A stretch of DNA of 64,000 nucleotides from Octopus sinensis (GCF_006345805.1 NC_042998.1:103044001-103108000); one strand, 5' to 3'. Numbered from the stretch's first letter, positions 1 to 13,959 are shown. The notes: generated from the sequence alone by a model not told the origin. Program-made: numbers and translations.

Positions 1-212
1 TGATATATGTGAGAGTGTATGTGTGACTTTGTGTGTGCTGGTGTAAAATGAATGCAGTAACATAAATCTCAGATATCGATATGCGAACTTTTGGGGCTTC
101 AACATAATTTTAAAGTTATCATATGGAGAAAATCTATTTAGTTTCGCAAGCACACATTTCGAATACTTACACACACAGACACACACACACGCGTGCTCAC
201 ACAGACTCAAAA

Positions 213-237
213 TAATATATATATATATATTATATAT

Positions 238-289
<52 letters not shown>

Positions 290-568
290 GTGTGTGTGTG
301 TGTGTATGTGTGTATGTATTTGAAAGATGTACAAGTATCTGTCTATCTATCTGCCTTCTTGTCTACTTATACATACATATATAAATATGTATACACAGAC
401 ATATATATATATACATACATATATATATATACACATACATATGTATATACATACATATACATATACATACATATATATATACACATACATATATATTCAT
501 ACATATATGTGTGTGTGTGCATATATATATGTGTGTGTGTATAGACAGACAGGTAGACAGACAAATAG

Positions 569-659
<91 letters not shown>

Positions 660-660
660 A
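213..660. repeat. Compound microsatellite block (TA)n/(TG)n/(TACA)n/(GATA)n
   Basis: Directly visible simple repeats; they explain the ORFs at 269-773. Confidence 0.95.
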
Positions 661-799
661 ATAAAAACAGGCAAATAGGAATCCTTAGTAACTATATGGA
701 TATCAGCTCTTTTACAGACAGGTATATCAATATTCCTATCGATATGCGTTTTTGCAGTCACACACACACACAAATTCCTCGCTCGCCTAAATATGTATG

Positions 800-892
<93 letters not shown>

Positions 893-1242
893 TATTTGAG
901 GGTTTGTTTCAATCATAATCAAATGGATAATCTGCCTTCGGAGACTATTGTGAAATATGAAATTATCTCTCTGCAGCACTGGATTAACTTGTTGCAAAAT
1001 ATCGTATGTTATCGAGTGACAGGATAAACTGGAATACCTTGTTTAATAGCACTTTATAAACACCAATTTTAAAGTACGAAATACCCTCTGTAGGCATCCA
1101 AATGATGTTGTACAAAATATCCCTGTCTGCCTAACAATATGTACAGGGTAGGAACTACATGGGTGATTTTGTACGCTTATTTTAAACATATTCTGTATGC
1201 ATGTTTTAAACTTGAACTTTTATATATATATATATATGTACA

Positions 1243-2115
1243 CAGGCATACCTGAACCTACGTCGTTAATAGGTTCCAGGAGATACGACCTAAGTTGATA
1301 GACGACTTAAGTCGAATTAATTTTCTCTAGGCTAGGCTTGTACGCTAGGCTAGTAGGCTAGCCCGAATTTACTTGTCCCTAAGCTAAATCGAGAATAACC
1401 ATTCCCAGTTCTGTATTTTATTTATGAATGCATTTTCAATAATATGTGGTTAATAAAAATCATGTGTGCTAAAATCTTTTCCTTATTATGTGCAATCGTA
1501 GATAGACTTGTCCGACACGTCCCAAAAGATCGTGTATTTGCCATCCTCTTTTCACCATTTTCATGGCGTTTTATCATAGCCAGTTTATCATCCAGCGTTA
1601 TAACATGACGTACAGCTTTTACACTATGAATTTTCGTAGGTGACATGGGGGCAAAAAAAGTCACAAATGAATGAGAATGATAAAGTAGCTGATAAACAGA
1701 CGTAAATCTAAATTCAAAACAATCGCGGTAACCACGAATGACAACGACGGCTAACGGTAGATATTGGAACTACAGTGCAACATGAGCTCCGAAAGACCGA
1801 TAAATAAGCTAACACAGCTGATTTCATGATTTCGTTCACTAAACTACACTACTTTATGGTGTATGCCTTAATATTTACTGTACATATTTTAATGAAATTT
1901 TATATGCTTTTATTTTTATGTATTGTACAGAAACATGATTATAGGTTCTTTTAGCGGTTTTCTAGTGATTTTACGATTCCGATATTTGTGGCGGACAGAC
2001 GTGAAGTTGAGTAAAATGACTTAACTTCATTTTTTTTTTCCATACATCATTTTTGAAAACTCATGTATAATCGAGAACGACTTAAACTGAAACATCTTAA
2101 GTCGAGGTATGCCTG
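1243..2115 (-). mobile_element. Tigger/pogo-like DNA transposon, internally deleted
   Basis: Terminal inverted repeats CAGGCATACCT (1243) and AGGTATGCCTG (2105-2115). ORF 1422-1664(-) RHVITLDDKLAMIKRHENGEK resembles the CENP-B/Tigger N-terminal HTH. No DDE domain is left. Confidence 0.85.
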
Positions 2116-2143
2116 CATATATATACATACATACATACATACA

Positions 2144-2177
<34 letters not shown>

Positions 2178-2335
2178 CATACATACATACATACATATAT
2201 ACATATATACATATATACATACATACATGCATATATACATATATACATGCATATATATATATACATACATATATATATATACATACATACATGCATACAT
2301 ACATACATACATATATATATATACATATATATATA
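2116..2335. repeat. (TACA)n/(TA)n microsatellite
   Basis: Directly visible. Confidence 0.95.
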
Positions 2336-2564
2336 GTAATAATGAGATAAAACCAAATTAAAATATTTTTAAAATATTTCAGATCTGCATAACATATAAC
2401 GAAAAACACATTCCACAGGCGAGTGTGTGTGTGTATGTACATAGCTTGTATGGATAAGTAGGTATATGAATCACTTGTAACTGGTGTCTTATTTTCAATT
2501 ATTTAATTCTGTTTTAGCTTTCTCTACTACTACCTTACTTTCTCCCTCCCATCATCATCATCAC

Positions 2565-3310
2565 CGTTATTATTTTTACTATTATTTTTAAACTGTTGGA
2601 AAAGAAAAATTCCTAACATCGGGCTACCACAAGTAACCTTAGATGCCAAGAACCCTTCTAAGTATCCTAGCTGTATCTAATAACATTGTTTTCTGGAGTT
2701 GTGTTAAACTAGATTTTACGCCTATTTCTTCTATCTATCTGTTCAAATCATTAGAGATAGTTCCTAATGCACCTATAAATACAGGGATACATTTTACCTG
2801 CACTTTCCTTAGTCCTTGTAAATCAATGGCTAGGTTCTGATACTTTTATATTTTCACTGTACTTCTCATATTGACTTCTTCATCATTTAGGACTGTAAAG
2901 GCAGTTATTTGGCACACGCTATTTTCTTTGTCTACTATTACTAAACCAGGCCTTTTAGTTCCTATTACTCTGTCCGTCTGAATTTTTAAGTCCCACAATA
3001 TCTTATATTTCTTACGTTCTAGTACTTTACTAGGTTCATGTTTATGCCACTTATCAGTATGGTCAAATCCTAGATTTCTACATAAACGCCTAGTGGCTTA
3101 CTCTCCCTGGGTTGTCGTGTCTTTTCTTGTATTCTTTCTGTGCCAGCATACTACATTCACTTACTATATAAATAACACTTACCGCTTTTTATTTGCATAA
3201 CCTACATTGGGGATCTACCTGGTTTTTTCTCTCTTGGCTTTTATCCAATTAGTCCGTAATAGTTGATCTTGTGCTGCTACTAACAAACATTCTGTCTCCC
3301 TGTTCAGCCT
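2565..3310 (-). mobile_element. R4/Dong-type RLE non-LTR retrotransposon, 3' fragment, degenerate
   Basis: Minus-strand translation gives AQDQLLRTNWIK, a CRLC zinc motif, ILWDLKIQTDR, IPVFIGALGTI and LLDTARILRRVLGI*, with stops. A TAA-like tail lies near 2565-2590. Confidence 0.85.
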
Positions 3311-3377
3311 TAACAAATTGCGTACAAAAATGGTCGTATGCAATTTGGTAAAATTGATATCTTCTATTTAATAGATT

Positions 3378-3432
3378 GAGACGGCGAGCCGGTAGAATCG
3401 TTAGCAGGCTGGGCAAAATGCTAAGCGGTCAG
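3378..3432 (+). mobile_element. tRNA-derived SINE head fragment (family B)
   Basis: GGCGAGCCGGTAGAATCGTTAGCA matches the head of the copies at 16.9 kb and 25.2 kb. Confidence 0.6.
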
Positions 3433-4547
3433 TTTAAAGTACCTTCTTCTAACTGATTACTCTTCGTTGAATAGTTATTACATCAGAGGATCTGCTAGCT
3501 AGGAGATATATGTAGCCTGAATTTTTACCTGCTCCATTCCCTTAATTTGAATATATATAATTTTGTATGTGTATGTTTTGGAACCTGTTCTAGATCTTAC
3601 ACATCTTTTTATGAAAAATAAAATGCTTTTATATACCTCTTCGGGTGTAGAACTCACACTAAGATAACAGAAAATTTCGTCAATTTTATTTTACTTCTGC
3701 TGATTGCAGTGGTGAGATATAGCGTCCAGGCGTAAGAATCTATTCTGTGAGTTTATAAACTATTAATTACTACTCATTCTTAGGGCGTTGGTGTGGTAAA
3801 ATCGATATCAATTCATACGAAGTTCTTTCTGGTCTTTAGTTAAGTTTATGAGCATTGAAATTTATGATTTTCATAAAAGAAATATATCTTTTCGTTTTTA
3901 TTTATTTAATTATTTTTTCAATTGCTGCAAAAAGTATTGACGTTCGTAGTAAAGATGAGGAAAAGCAAATAGTCATCAAAGCTGAAAAAATAATGATCAT
4001 GGAGGTGCTGCATCACGCTTGTATAGGTTGTTTGCTAAAGCAGCAAGAATCATTTAGTTGATTTCATTTTCTCTACGTCCTTTTTATGTTTACCATTGTC
4101 TCTTTCCGCCTGACAGCTATTTTCTGCATTCGTCATTAATACGCTTTTGTTGTCAATCATGTTTAGGGTCCCAGATCATTCTTAACTGAGCAGGCTGATC
4201 ATAAAACTATCCAAGCCAATAATATCCCTTTCTTTTTATTTTTTTCTTGGCATATACAGCATAAACATATATAGGACTACTTTGTATAAGCTTCCAAAAC
4301 GGTATAGCTGAATGTCCTTTAAATTACATCTAAAAATTACGTCTAAAAACATCTATACAATATGTTTAGACTATTATCCATTCTCGTTTCATCAGTCGTT
4401 TCCTTTCGCTGTAAATTGAAAGGTGGGAATGCAAATTGAACTAAAAATGAATTTACACTTCACAACTGCTTCCTGACCATTGTGTTAAGAGGAAATAGGC
4501 ACACGAAGAGAATTATGCATACACAGAAACACACATGCATGTGTAAA

Positions 4548-4595
4548 TAGATAGGTAGATAGATAGACAAAGAGGCAGTTAGATAGATAGCTAAC

Positions 4596-4674
<79 letters not shown>

Positions 4675-4679
4675 CTAAC

Positions 4680-4710
<31 letters not shown>

Positions 4711-4711
4711 C

Positions 4712-4774
<63 letters not shown>

Positions 4775-4938
4775 CTAGATAGATAGATAAGTTTCTTTAT
4801 TGGCCACACAGGGCTGCACACAGATGGGACAAGTTACAAGGTAGAGCTTTTCTTTTGGGGGATGAAAAAAACAAAAAAACAAAAGAAACAAAAAAAAGGG
4901 GGGCGTAGGTTTTCGATCAAGAGGGATAGATAGCTAAC

Positions 4939-5030
<92 letters not shown>
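4548..5030. repeat. (GATA)n/(GACA)n array with a ~135 bp unique insert at ~4790-4925
   Basis: Directly visible. Confidence 0.95.
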
Positions 5031-5397
5031 CGGACAAATGAACGAAAGAGGCACTCAGCACATTTATTGGCAGTTACATATATTATTATTGACAAAAGTT
5101 TGATGTGGCCCCATGCAACTTAAAGTATCGTAGGCTTTTTACGGCAACCCAGCTGATCGACCTCAGATAGCCGAATGGCAAGGCCCAGGATGTTCAAAAT
5201 GGCTACCGAAAATTGGGCTGCTATTGGAACTGAAATCGAAATTCTAATGCCACCAATTACGTTAACAAGGAGAAGATCTTAAACAGTATGGTTGGACAAG
5301 AATCTAGCTGGTGGTGTCTTACCGCCTGACTTACGTGACATCTGATCTATGGCCGCATGTATGTGTTCTATAATGGGCGGAATCAAATTGTTTTACA

Positions 5398-5438
<41 letters not shown>

Positions 5439-5439
5439 G

Positions 5440-6068
5440 TGGGAACACAATCCACCTCCAGTGCTTGAAAATGACCACATCTCACTCCTCTGGAACTTCA
5501 CCATTCAAACTGACAGGAAGATAGATGCAAATAGGCCAGACATCATATTGAAAGACTTCAGACAAAGAACATGCCTCCTCATTGATATGACTGTCCCAAT
5601 CGATATAAACGTATCTGTCAAGACCTACCAAAAACTGAGCAAATATAAAGATCTTGAAATATAAATCAGCAAAATGTGGAAGCTGAAGACTAAAACAATA
5701 CCTGTTGTCATAGGTGCCCTGGGAATGATAGCGAAAGGGACTGATTGCTACCAAACTCAGATACCAGGAAACCCCAAAATGGCAGAAATTCAAAAGATAG
5801 TGCTCATGGGAACTGCTCATATCCTACGCAAAATACTCTCTATGTAATCCCAAGGTTTAAAACAAACTATTTTTTATTTTTATTTTTTTAAATTTTATTT
5901 TTATGTATTAGACATTCACTAGTACAACACCAAAAAAAAACTCCCAAATATATGGCACAGAACTTCCAACCTGTTGTCTCTGGGTGAGACTTGGAGCCAA
6001 CTTGTACAGTCATAAAGCAAAAGTCAAATATAGAATAATAATAAAATGATAATAATAATAATGATAAC
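5440..6068 (+). mobile_element. R4/Dong-type element 3' end (RLE domain + 3' UTR)
   Basis: LLWNFTIQTDRKIDANRPDIIL...KYKDLEI, then IPVVIGALG and LMGTAHILRKILSM*. Preceded by (AAT)n at ~5399-5438 and followed by a TAA-rich tail. Confidence 0.9.
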
Positions 6069-6069
6069 A

Positions 6070-7070
6070 GAAGGACTCAGAGAGCGCAAACCTCCGCCAA
6101 CTTCCTCTTAACGATTAGCCGGAGAGGATTTTAAAATGAAAATATCTGAAATAAAATCCATTGCTCTCACAAACGAGAATACTAAAAAGGGATCCGATCG
6201 CTCTCAGAAATTAAGTAAAAGAAAAAGGAAAAATAATCCAGAATCCTTGTCCAGTACCTGATCGATCCCACTAGTAGTCATGAACTGTGAAGGTGAGTAT
6301 GCGGGCGGTTTTTGTAATGCAGTGTGCGTCATCTGCAGTGGGAACAGGGACAGTTTTATCTACGAAGGACTTTTTTTAGTCTATCAACTGATATTACAGT
6401 CTATAGTGAAAAACCTATCCGTGTGTGAAAGAAAGCAGAAAGGACCTGCTTATGGTGCTGTTGACGGAGATCTAATAACATCGTTGCACACACAAGCGTG
6501 AGACCAGGAAGGAAAGCTTTCTTCAAGGCAGGGCTAGAAATGTAAGAGGTTTTAAAGAGGAGCGATATATTCAAAATTGGTAAAAATAAAAATTGTCGAG
6601 GGTAAATCAAATTTATTATTGTTACTGAATATGTTAGTTAAATTTACTTTCTGAACGTTTTCGCTGCAGTGTTTTATGTCGTTTGATTTCTTTATCCATC
6701 GGTTTATACTAAGACAGAAACGCGAGTAAAGTTAATTATAGAGAAACGGAAATAAAACTCTGGAAATAGAAACACCGCCATAACTTATATAGAAATCATG
6801 TGCGTGCATTCAAGGGAGATCATCAGAGAAAGACTTGAAAGTCAACATAAAATCGTAATACTTCTCGTAAAGTAAATATAACAAATAATCCAGAATCCTT
6901 GTCCGATACCGGATCAATCCCCAAATGTAATCACTTCCTGCGAATCACGAAGCCAGACGTCCCCAAAAGTTTTACCCGAATTCATCCTGCATTTTTTTTT
7001 ACATATCCAACAAACAAAGAAACACAACTGAAAATAATACCTCCGCCTGAGCGAAGGCGGAGGTAATAAT
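6070..7070 (-). mobile_element. Helentron-associated non-autonomous element (HINE/DINE-1-like), two halves separated by ~600 bp
   Basis: Subterminal inverted repeat ACCTCCGCC (~6091) pairs with GGCGGAGGT (7056-7064). A 10-bp hairpin TACCTCCGCC..GGCGGAGGTA lies at 7038-7065, with a small stem-loop at the other end. AATAATCCAGAATCCTTGTCC is present in both halves. Confidence 0.6.
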
Positions 7071-7075
7071 AATAA

Positions 7076-7681
7076 ACGCTTCAAGTTGTGGTGGCACGAC
7101 CAGGTAGTGAAAGTGCTACAATGGAAACTGTGCGAAAACTGTCGGCTGGAGAGAGGCAAGCCGTGGTATGAGCACAAACCACAGAGAGTGGCAGAGTCGG
7201 TGACTAGCAACATTCTCTGAGATTTCCTGATGCAAACGGAGAATGTGCTAGAGCATAACAGACCAGAACTTGTGGTGGTGAACAAGATGCACCACATATG
7301 CTATATAGTTGATGTTGCATGCCCTTTTGACCCACGAATAGTCAAGAAAGAAGTCGAAAAGATAAACGTAAACCTCTTAAGTAAGAAACAGCCTGGCTAT
7401 GGAAAATGAAGAAGATGAAGACAGTGCTAATTATTGTTAGATCCTTGGGAACAGTATCAGTGGGCATCAAGAGGAATATAAAGAAAATTGGAATAGAGTA
7501 ACCAGTAGAAATATTACAAAAGCTTTGCCTCTTTGGCACGGTTAGAATAGTCAGGAAAGTATTAGATATCTGAAAAGAATGGATAGCATAGTACCGTAGG
7601 CTGCAGGAAGCAAGCCCACTGCGCATGCAAAACTCAAGGAGCTCTAACAAAACCTGTGATAAAGAAAAAAATTAAAAGGAG
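7076..7681 (+). mobile_element. R4/Dong-type element 3' end, second subfamily
   Basis: Translation gives HDQVVKVLQWKLC, WYEHKP, NRPELVVV, IVDVACPFD and LFGTVRIVRKVLDI*. The 3' UTR runs into (AAT)n. Confidence 0.85.
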
Positions 7682-7688
7682 TAATAAC

Positions 7689-7735
<47 letters not shown>

Positions 7736-7800
7736 TAATAATAATAATAATAATGATAATAATAATAATAATAATAATGATAATAATAATAATAATAATA

Positions 7801-7847
<47 letters not shown>

Positions 7848-7848
7848 G
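7682..7848. repeat. (AAT)n microsatellite between two Dong-type copies
   Basis: Directly visible. Confidence 0.95.
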
Positions 7849-10000
7849 TAACTACAGACCAATAACCTGTCTCCCTACAATGTACAAGGCATTTACTGCA
7901 GAGATATCGCAAAGGTTGAACAAGCACCTGGACGAAAACAACCTGCTGCAAAGGCTCATATGGCTGTAAAGATCAACTAATGATTGATAAAGCCATAACT
8001 GAAGACAGCCACAGAAAGAAGAAAGGCCTCAGTATGGCCTGGATCGACTACAAAAAGGCGTTTGGTAGTATCCCCCACACATGGATCCTCGAAACACTAG
8101 TCATTAACAAAGTAGCACCAATAATTATAAAATTCATAGGGCACTCTATGAATAAATGGCAAACAGTGCTACAGCTCCAAACAAAAGAGGGACTCATGAA
8201 AACCAAAGCCATCCCTATTAGAAGAGGAATATTCCAGGGAGACACGCTCTCTCCACTCCTTTTCTGCTTGGCACTGTCTCCTCTATCTGATATGCTAAAT
8301 AGAACTGGATGCGGATATAAATGCTACGGCAAAACGATCAGCCACCTTTTATATATGGATGACCTAAAACTATACGCTGCAAATGACAAACAGCTGGAAA
8401 CACTATTAAAGACAGTTCATGGATTTACCAAAGAAATAGATATGAAATTTGGATTAGAAAAATGCGCCAAAGTAACCCTGAAAAGAGGAAAACTAGTTAA
8501 GAGTAGCAACATCACACTAGATAAAACCAATGAAATAAAAGAATTAGACCAAAGCCAAACTTACAAATACTTAGGAATCCATGAACTAGATAAGACACAA
8601 CACACACAAATGAAAGAGAAAATTTTTTTTTAATATTATAGACGAATTAGATCAATACTAAAAACAGAGCTCAATGCTAAATACAGGATAATAGGTATTA
8701 ACACTTTAGCTGTCCCAGTTATAAGTTACAGCTACATTATCCTTAACTGGACACCAAATGAACTGACCAAAATAGATAGGAAAACAAGAAAAATAATGAC
8801 AGGGTATAGGATGCATCACCCAAAATCTGACATAGAGAGACTATATATACAGGGTATAGAAGGTGGTAGAGGCCTTATACAGCTAGAAAACTACTATAAA
8901 ATAACCACCATAGGACTGCAAGAATATCTACTTCAGAAGGAAGGAAAACTGATACAAATAGCGGCAAAACACGAGCAAAACAAAAAACTGTTCCCAATAT
9001 TTAAAGAAGCTGACAAATACAAACAAGAAATCATACCACCTAATAAATATGAAGAAGAAGTGGAAGATGATGAAGCAACAAAAGCTATAAAACAAATGAA
9101 ATCCAAACTAAAATTAGAACAGCAACGAACCATGATAAAACGATGGCAAGAAAAGCCCCTTCATGGTAAATACTAGACTAAACTAAACGCAAAAGAAATA
9201 GACAAAGAAAAATCCCAGCAATGGTTGAGAAGCTCAGGACTCAAATCAGAGACAGAGGGATTTTTAATTGCAGCACAAGACCAAAGCCTCCCCACCAGTA
9301 ATTACCAAAAACATGTAATGAAAAGAAATATAACAAGTAACTGCAGAATATGTGGAGATGGACAAGAAACAATAAATCATATTATCTCTGGCTGCCCAGT
9401 CCTGGCTAAGAAGAAATATATTCAAAGACATGACAGAGTTGGAACCTACATACACTTGAAGCTATGCCAACATTATGGAATAACAACAGAAAAAAAGATG
9501 GTATAGGCACACACCAGAAAAGGTCACAGAAAACGAGAAAGCAACCATACTCTGGGATATGCCGATACACATAGATAGAGAAATTAAGGCCAACAGACCA
9601 GATATAGTTGCCAGAGATCATGAAGGAAAAAAATGCTTTCTAATTGATGTATCAATACCGGCTGATGACAACGTGTCTCTTAAATAAATGGAGAAACTTT
9701 CAAAATACAAAGACCTGGAAATAGAGGTAACCAGAATGTGGAATCTCAAAACAGAAACAATTCCTATCATAATAGGTGCATTAGGCATGATAAAAAAATA
9801 TTCAGACAAATATATAACAAAAACACCAGGACTTACAAACACATATAACATACAGAAAATTGCACTACTAGGCACTGCACACATTCTACGCAGAACACTT
9901 CCCATACAATAACCATCAGAGCATCACAACAAATCACAGCACATACCCAAGGCACACAGAGCTGCGTTTGGTAGTGAAGGGAAAGCACGCTATAAAAATA
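7849..10000 (+). mobile_element. R4/Dong-type non-LTR retrotransposon, 5'-truncated: RT + zinc motif + RLE, disrupted
   Basis: NYRPITCLPT; ORF 7980-8633 with WIDYKKAF, GIFQGDTLSPLLF and YMDD (8352-8363); CRICG..H...C (~9340-9400); RPDI..IDVSIP; LLGTAHILRRTL*. Contains several frameshifts and stops. Confidence 0.95.
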
Positions 10001-10002
10001 TT

Positions 10003-10252
10003 ATTGTTGGGTCCTTGGGAACAGTATCAGAAGTCTTCAAGAGCGATATAAAATAAGTTGGAATAGAGTGCCCATCAGAACTGTTACAACAGGTTTCCCA
10101 CCTTGGCACAGCCAGAATAATCAGGAAAGTATTAGATAGCTGAAAATATCGAATAGAATGGTACCGTAGGCTTCAGGTAGAAAGCCCGCTACGTGTGCAA
10201 GTACGCGTGCAAGTCTTTAGGAGATCCAACGAATTCTGTGATAAAGAGAAAT
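10003..10252 (+). mobile_element. Short 3' end of the second Dong-type subfamily
   Basis: Homologous to ~7430-7670 (GGGAACAGTATCAG...AGGAAAGTATTAGATA...GTACCGTAGGCT). Confidence 0.85.
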
Positions 10253-10334
10253 GATAAACGTAACGTAGTGAAGCTTTACTCACCTTTCCCCCTCCTCCTT
10301 CTGTTACCAAACTCTTTTCCGTTTTAAACTATCG

Positions 10335-10560
10335 GGCATCCGAGCATTACTAAATATCATAGTATGTAACAAATACTTCCAGTATACCAGTGAAGCATAA
10401 AAACATTTCAAGACTGCCTCGCAAGCCTGCTGGTCATCACATAAGTGGACCAGCTGGAATGCATGGCGCTTAACTCATGCTACTCGTGCGTTTTTTTCTC
10501 GAGATATGTCGACGATATTTTGATGCTTACCTCCTCCCAGCCCATCATGCAACCTTACTA
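10335..10560 (+). mobile_element. Penelope-like RT fragment
   Basis: LLNIIVCNKYFQY and RYVDDILM are homologous to the neighbouring PLE at ~11280-11470. Confidence 0.6.
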
Positions 10561-10574
10561 AATCCCAAGTTCTG

Positions 10575-12240
10575 ACCTTGCAAAACTTAAGAAACAAAAT
10601 CCTATTCTACCTACCTTCTGACAAAAGGAAAGAATTCTGCATTATAGACAAACCCACCTACAACAAACTAGCTATCGAACACCTAAGTGACACCACACTA
10701 TACGAAGAGGTTCACAACATCACACCTCACCGACTGGAGTCCAGCATCAACACCAGCTGGACCACCATTTGCCACCAAAGGAAAATATATCAGAAGACTA
10801 GACTGAACTACACATCTAAAAACACAACCCTTCCATCCTTCTATCATTTAATATAAACCCATAAACCAGGACCTAAGCTTAAGATCAGACCCATAGCATC
10901 AGGAATTAGCGGTCTTTTCTATAAGATATCTTGGCTCCTCTCTAACATCCTCAAGACCTAACCACATGCAATCGTTGTACACGTCAGCATCTCCCACAAA
11001 ATCTTCACACGACTCAAATATATCGACCCTCCATGCTTAAAACTAACAAATACCCATTCAGTTTAGACTAGTTTCCCTCTGTACCTGCTCTCCCGGCCGT
11101 CGATATCCTCATAGACCACATCACGTCCTTATCTACCCCTATCTCTTTCCTCCCAACCTCCTTACTCATTTCTTCCTCCCTCCCCAGCAACCTCCTCCTC
11201 ATCTTCCCTTTCATCTTCTCCATTCTCCCCATCCATCAACCTCCAGCTCTTCAGCCTCACACCCTCGGACATACGAGAGTTACTAACCATTATAGTTGGT
11301 AACACCTATTTCCAATATAACGGTGGGACTTACAAACAGTCTTCCGGCCTACCTATGAGATCTAGTCTTTCAGGCCTGCCAACCATCACGTACATGGATA
11401 AGGTAGAAAGCACAACACTCAACACCTATTGCTCATGCATCTTCTTCTCCAGGTACGTTGATAACATCATTATCATCACGTCCTCCAAGGATGAGGCCAT
11501 TAACATACACCGGACCTGAAATTACATCGACATAAACATCAAATTCGAGACTGAACATCCAGACGAATCCAGAACCCGCTCTCTCCTCGACTTTCAACTC
11601 AGAATGGCAGAGGATGGCTCCATATTTACCAGCTTCTATGGAAAAGCCGCTAGCAGGAAAAGTTTCGTCCACTACCAATCAGCCTTACCCACCAGAGCCA
11701 AAGTTACATACATGAGAAACGAGATTGCACGTATAAATAACAATTGCAGCGAAGTAACCGACAAAGCCGTCAACACCAAACAGTTCCTCAAAGACCTAAC
11801 TGAATGGCTACACACCATCTTTAATCAAATAACCGCGCCTAAAAAACATCAGTGTCAATAAACCCCGGAAGAACTATTATATTCCCAAGTCTGGCACGTG
11901 CTTCCTAAAGCAACAACATCTTGACGATAGAACTACAGTAGCGATACAATTCGCAGTCCGCAGGGAAGAACTCGACATATAGGTAGTGCACATCGGCTCT
12001 TCACTGTGAAAAGCTCTATCTAAGAACAACGCCTCTCACTACTCCAAGGAGTGCACATTATCGAACTGCTCCATTAATGAACCTGAATTGTGCCAGAGGA
12101 CCTATGTCGTATACGAGATCATCTGTGGAAAATGTGGCGCATCGTGCATAGGAAGCACAAGAAAACTATATATACGCATAAATCTCTAAGGCCATCCTCA
12201 TATGCCAAAGAAAACTAAATATCAACAACAGAAAAGAGTT
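10575..12240 (+). mobile_element. Penelope-like element (RT + GIY-YIG), degenerate
   Basis: Translation gives IIDKPTYNKL..HLSD, LPSFYHL.KTHKP..KIRPI, NTYFQYNG..YKQSSGLPM, RYVDNIII, FETEHPD, LDFQL, and YVVYEIICGKCGASCIGST (GIY-YIG). Confidence 0.85.
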
Positions 12241-12462
12241 ACAGGAAGGTAGATGGTTGCTATAGCATCACATTTCCGTGCATATCCACTCCTCACACGC
12301 TCACCCACGCACATCGGCAATATTCGACAGTTTCTTGAAAATGGAGTCATAACCCCTAAATATTGAATGCAAATTAAGTCTACATTAATTCATATATTTA
12401 TTTTCTTGGGATTTGCCTTGCATTTACTTTGCATCGATCTGGCCTTACCCACGATTCTTTAT

Positions 12463-12513
<51 letters not shown>

Positions 12514-13959
12514 AGATAGATAGATACACACACATATATATATAAAATATTAATAATTGTATGCGTGTATACTTGTGCGTCTGTGCGCCTGTGTCTGTGT
12601 GTTCGTCTATGTGTATGGATATTTGCAACTATATGTATATGTAAATAGGTTGTTGTTTTGTATGTGTGACAGAAATTCAAAAGAAACCAAAGAGACAGTA
12701 CAAGTGAGATGCATGTTATATGTACCACTTCATAGAGCTATAGTTCGACAAATTTTTAATATTTCACAGAAATATTATACTAATGTAACAGAAAATTGGC
12801 GAAGTTGTTTCACTCATATACATTATTTAAAATGTTTCTCTCTCCACCATCTTCCTCATTAATAAAACAAATGTACACAGAAACGGAGATACCGTCTGTA
12901 GAATCCTAGAAGCTCACATCTTTCTCTTTAGATTATTTTATAGATTTATCTCCAATTAACTTTAGATAAATGTAAGTTAAATTCATAAAGTTTTCCTGCA
13001 AATGAGAACAGAGATACAAATATATCTTATTTAAAATTTTGTTATGCATAAATTCATTCTTGATTCTTCCTTTGTTATCACACTATCTTTTTTCAAACCT
13101 TATATTTCATCATAATTGCATCTCAAATGAAATATTTATTTCCGTTTGCATAAAGTTTGCATCTATCTCTCTACATTAAAATTTGTACACTCAAACACAT
13201 ACACGGATATAAACAAAGACGCGCACATTTTCATATGTGTGTGTGTGTGTCTGAGTGTGTATATATATGTGTGTGTGTGAGAGTGAGTGTGTGTATGTTC
13301 ATGCATGGATGTATAACGACTGATATCTCCTGAAATAATGCATTGTCATATTATATAATTTCTCCGATGTGGAGGCATATATTTAAGAAATACAGTCCTC
13401 TTCAAAATGTTTACTATTTAGTTCTCTGTCACTGTCTTTCTTTTTATTTTCTTTCTTTCTTTCTCTCCACCTCCGTCTATCTGTCAGCCTCTCTGTCCCT
13501 CTCTTTCTCTCTCCTGTGCATGTGTGAGTGTGTCAAATTACTACTCTTGGTTGCTACATATAACGTGTAACCTAGTACATTTTTTCAAGGTAAATTTTTC
13601 GGCGACTAAAATTGCAACATCATAAAACATGCTAGAGGAGTAAGGGAGGTTTCGGACAATCTGTGGAATGAAAAACATGTCCCGTCAAAGGGGAGTTGAA
13701 CTTGCGGAAGTCAACAAAACTCAGAACCTTCTGATTTGGAGCTCAGGTGCGCATTTAACCTACAAGGGAGGCAACTAGCCCTTGAGATGAAGAGCCTCAA
13801 GTATGTTATCCAGTGGTCTATAGCGAATATTCGCACTACCTTTCTGCAACGAGTATTTATAAAACCTCCAAAATATGTGAGTGGCTCTAGTGAGCCTTTA
13901 TAACCGAAAATAAGTCATTCAAGTGGGTTACCTAACGAGTAAGTATATAAGTATATATA

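Noticed and set aside
12325-12375. Possible hammerhead downstream of the 10.6-12.2 kb PLE
   Set aside because: The core (TTGAAAA...TAAA) and stems are too degenerate to support.
13565-13950. Solo LTR or TIR element (TGTAACC...GGTTAC)
   Set aside because: The terminal match is only ~6 bp, with no TSD, PBS or second copy.
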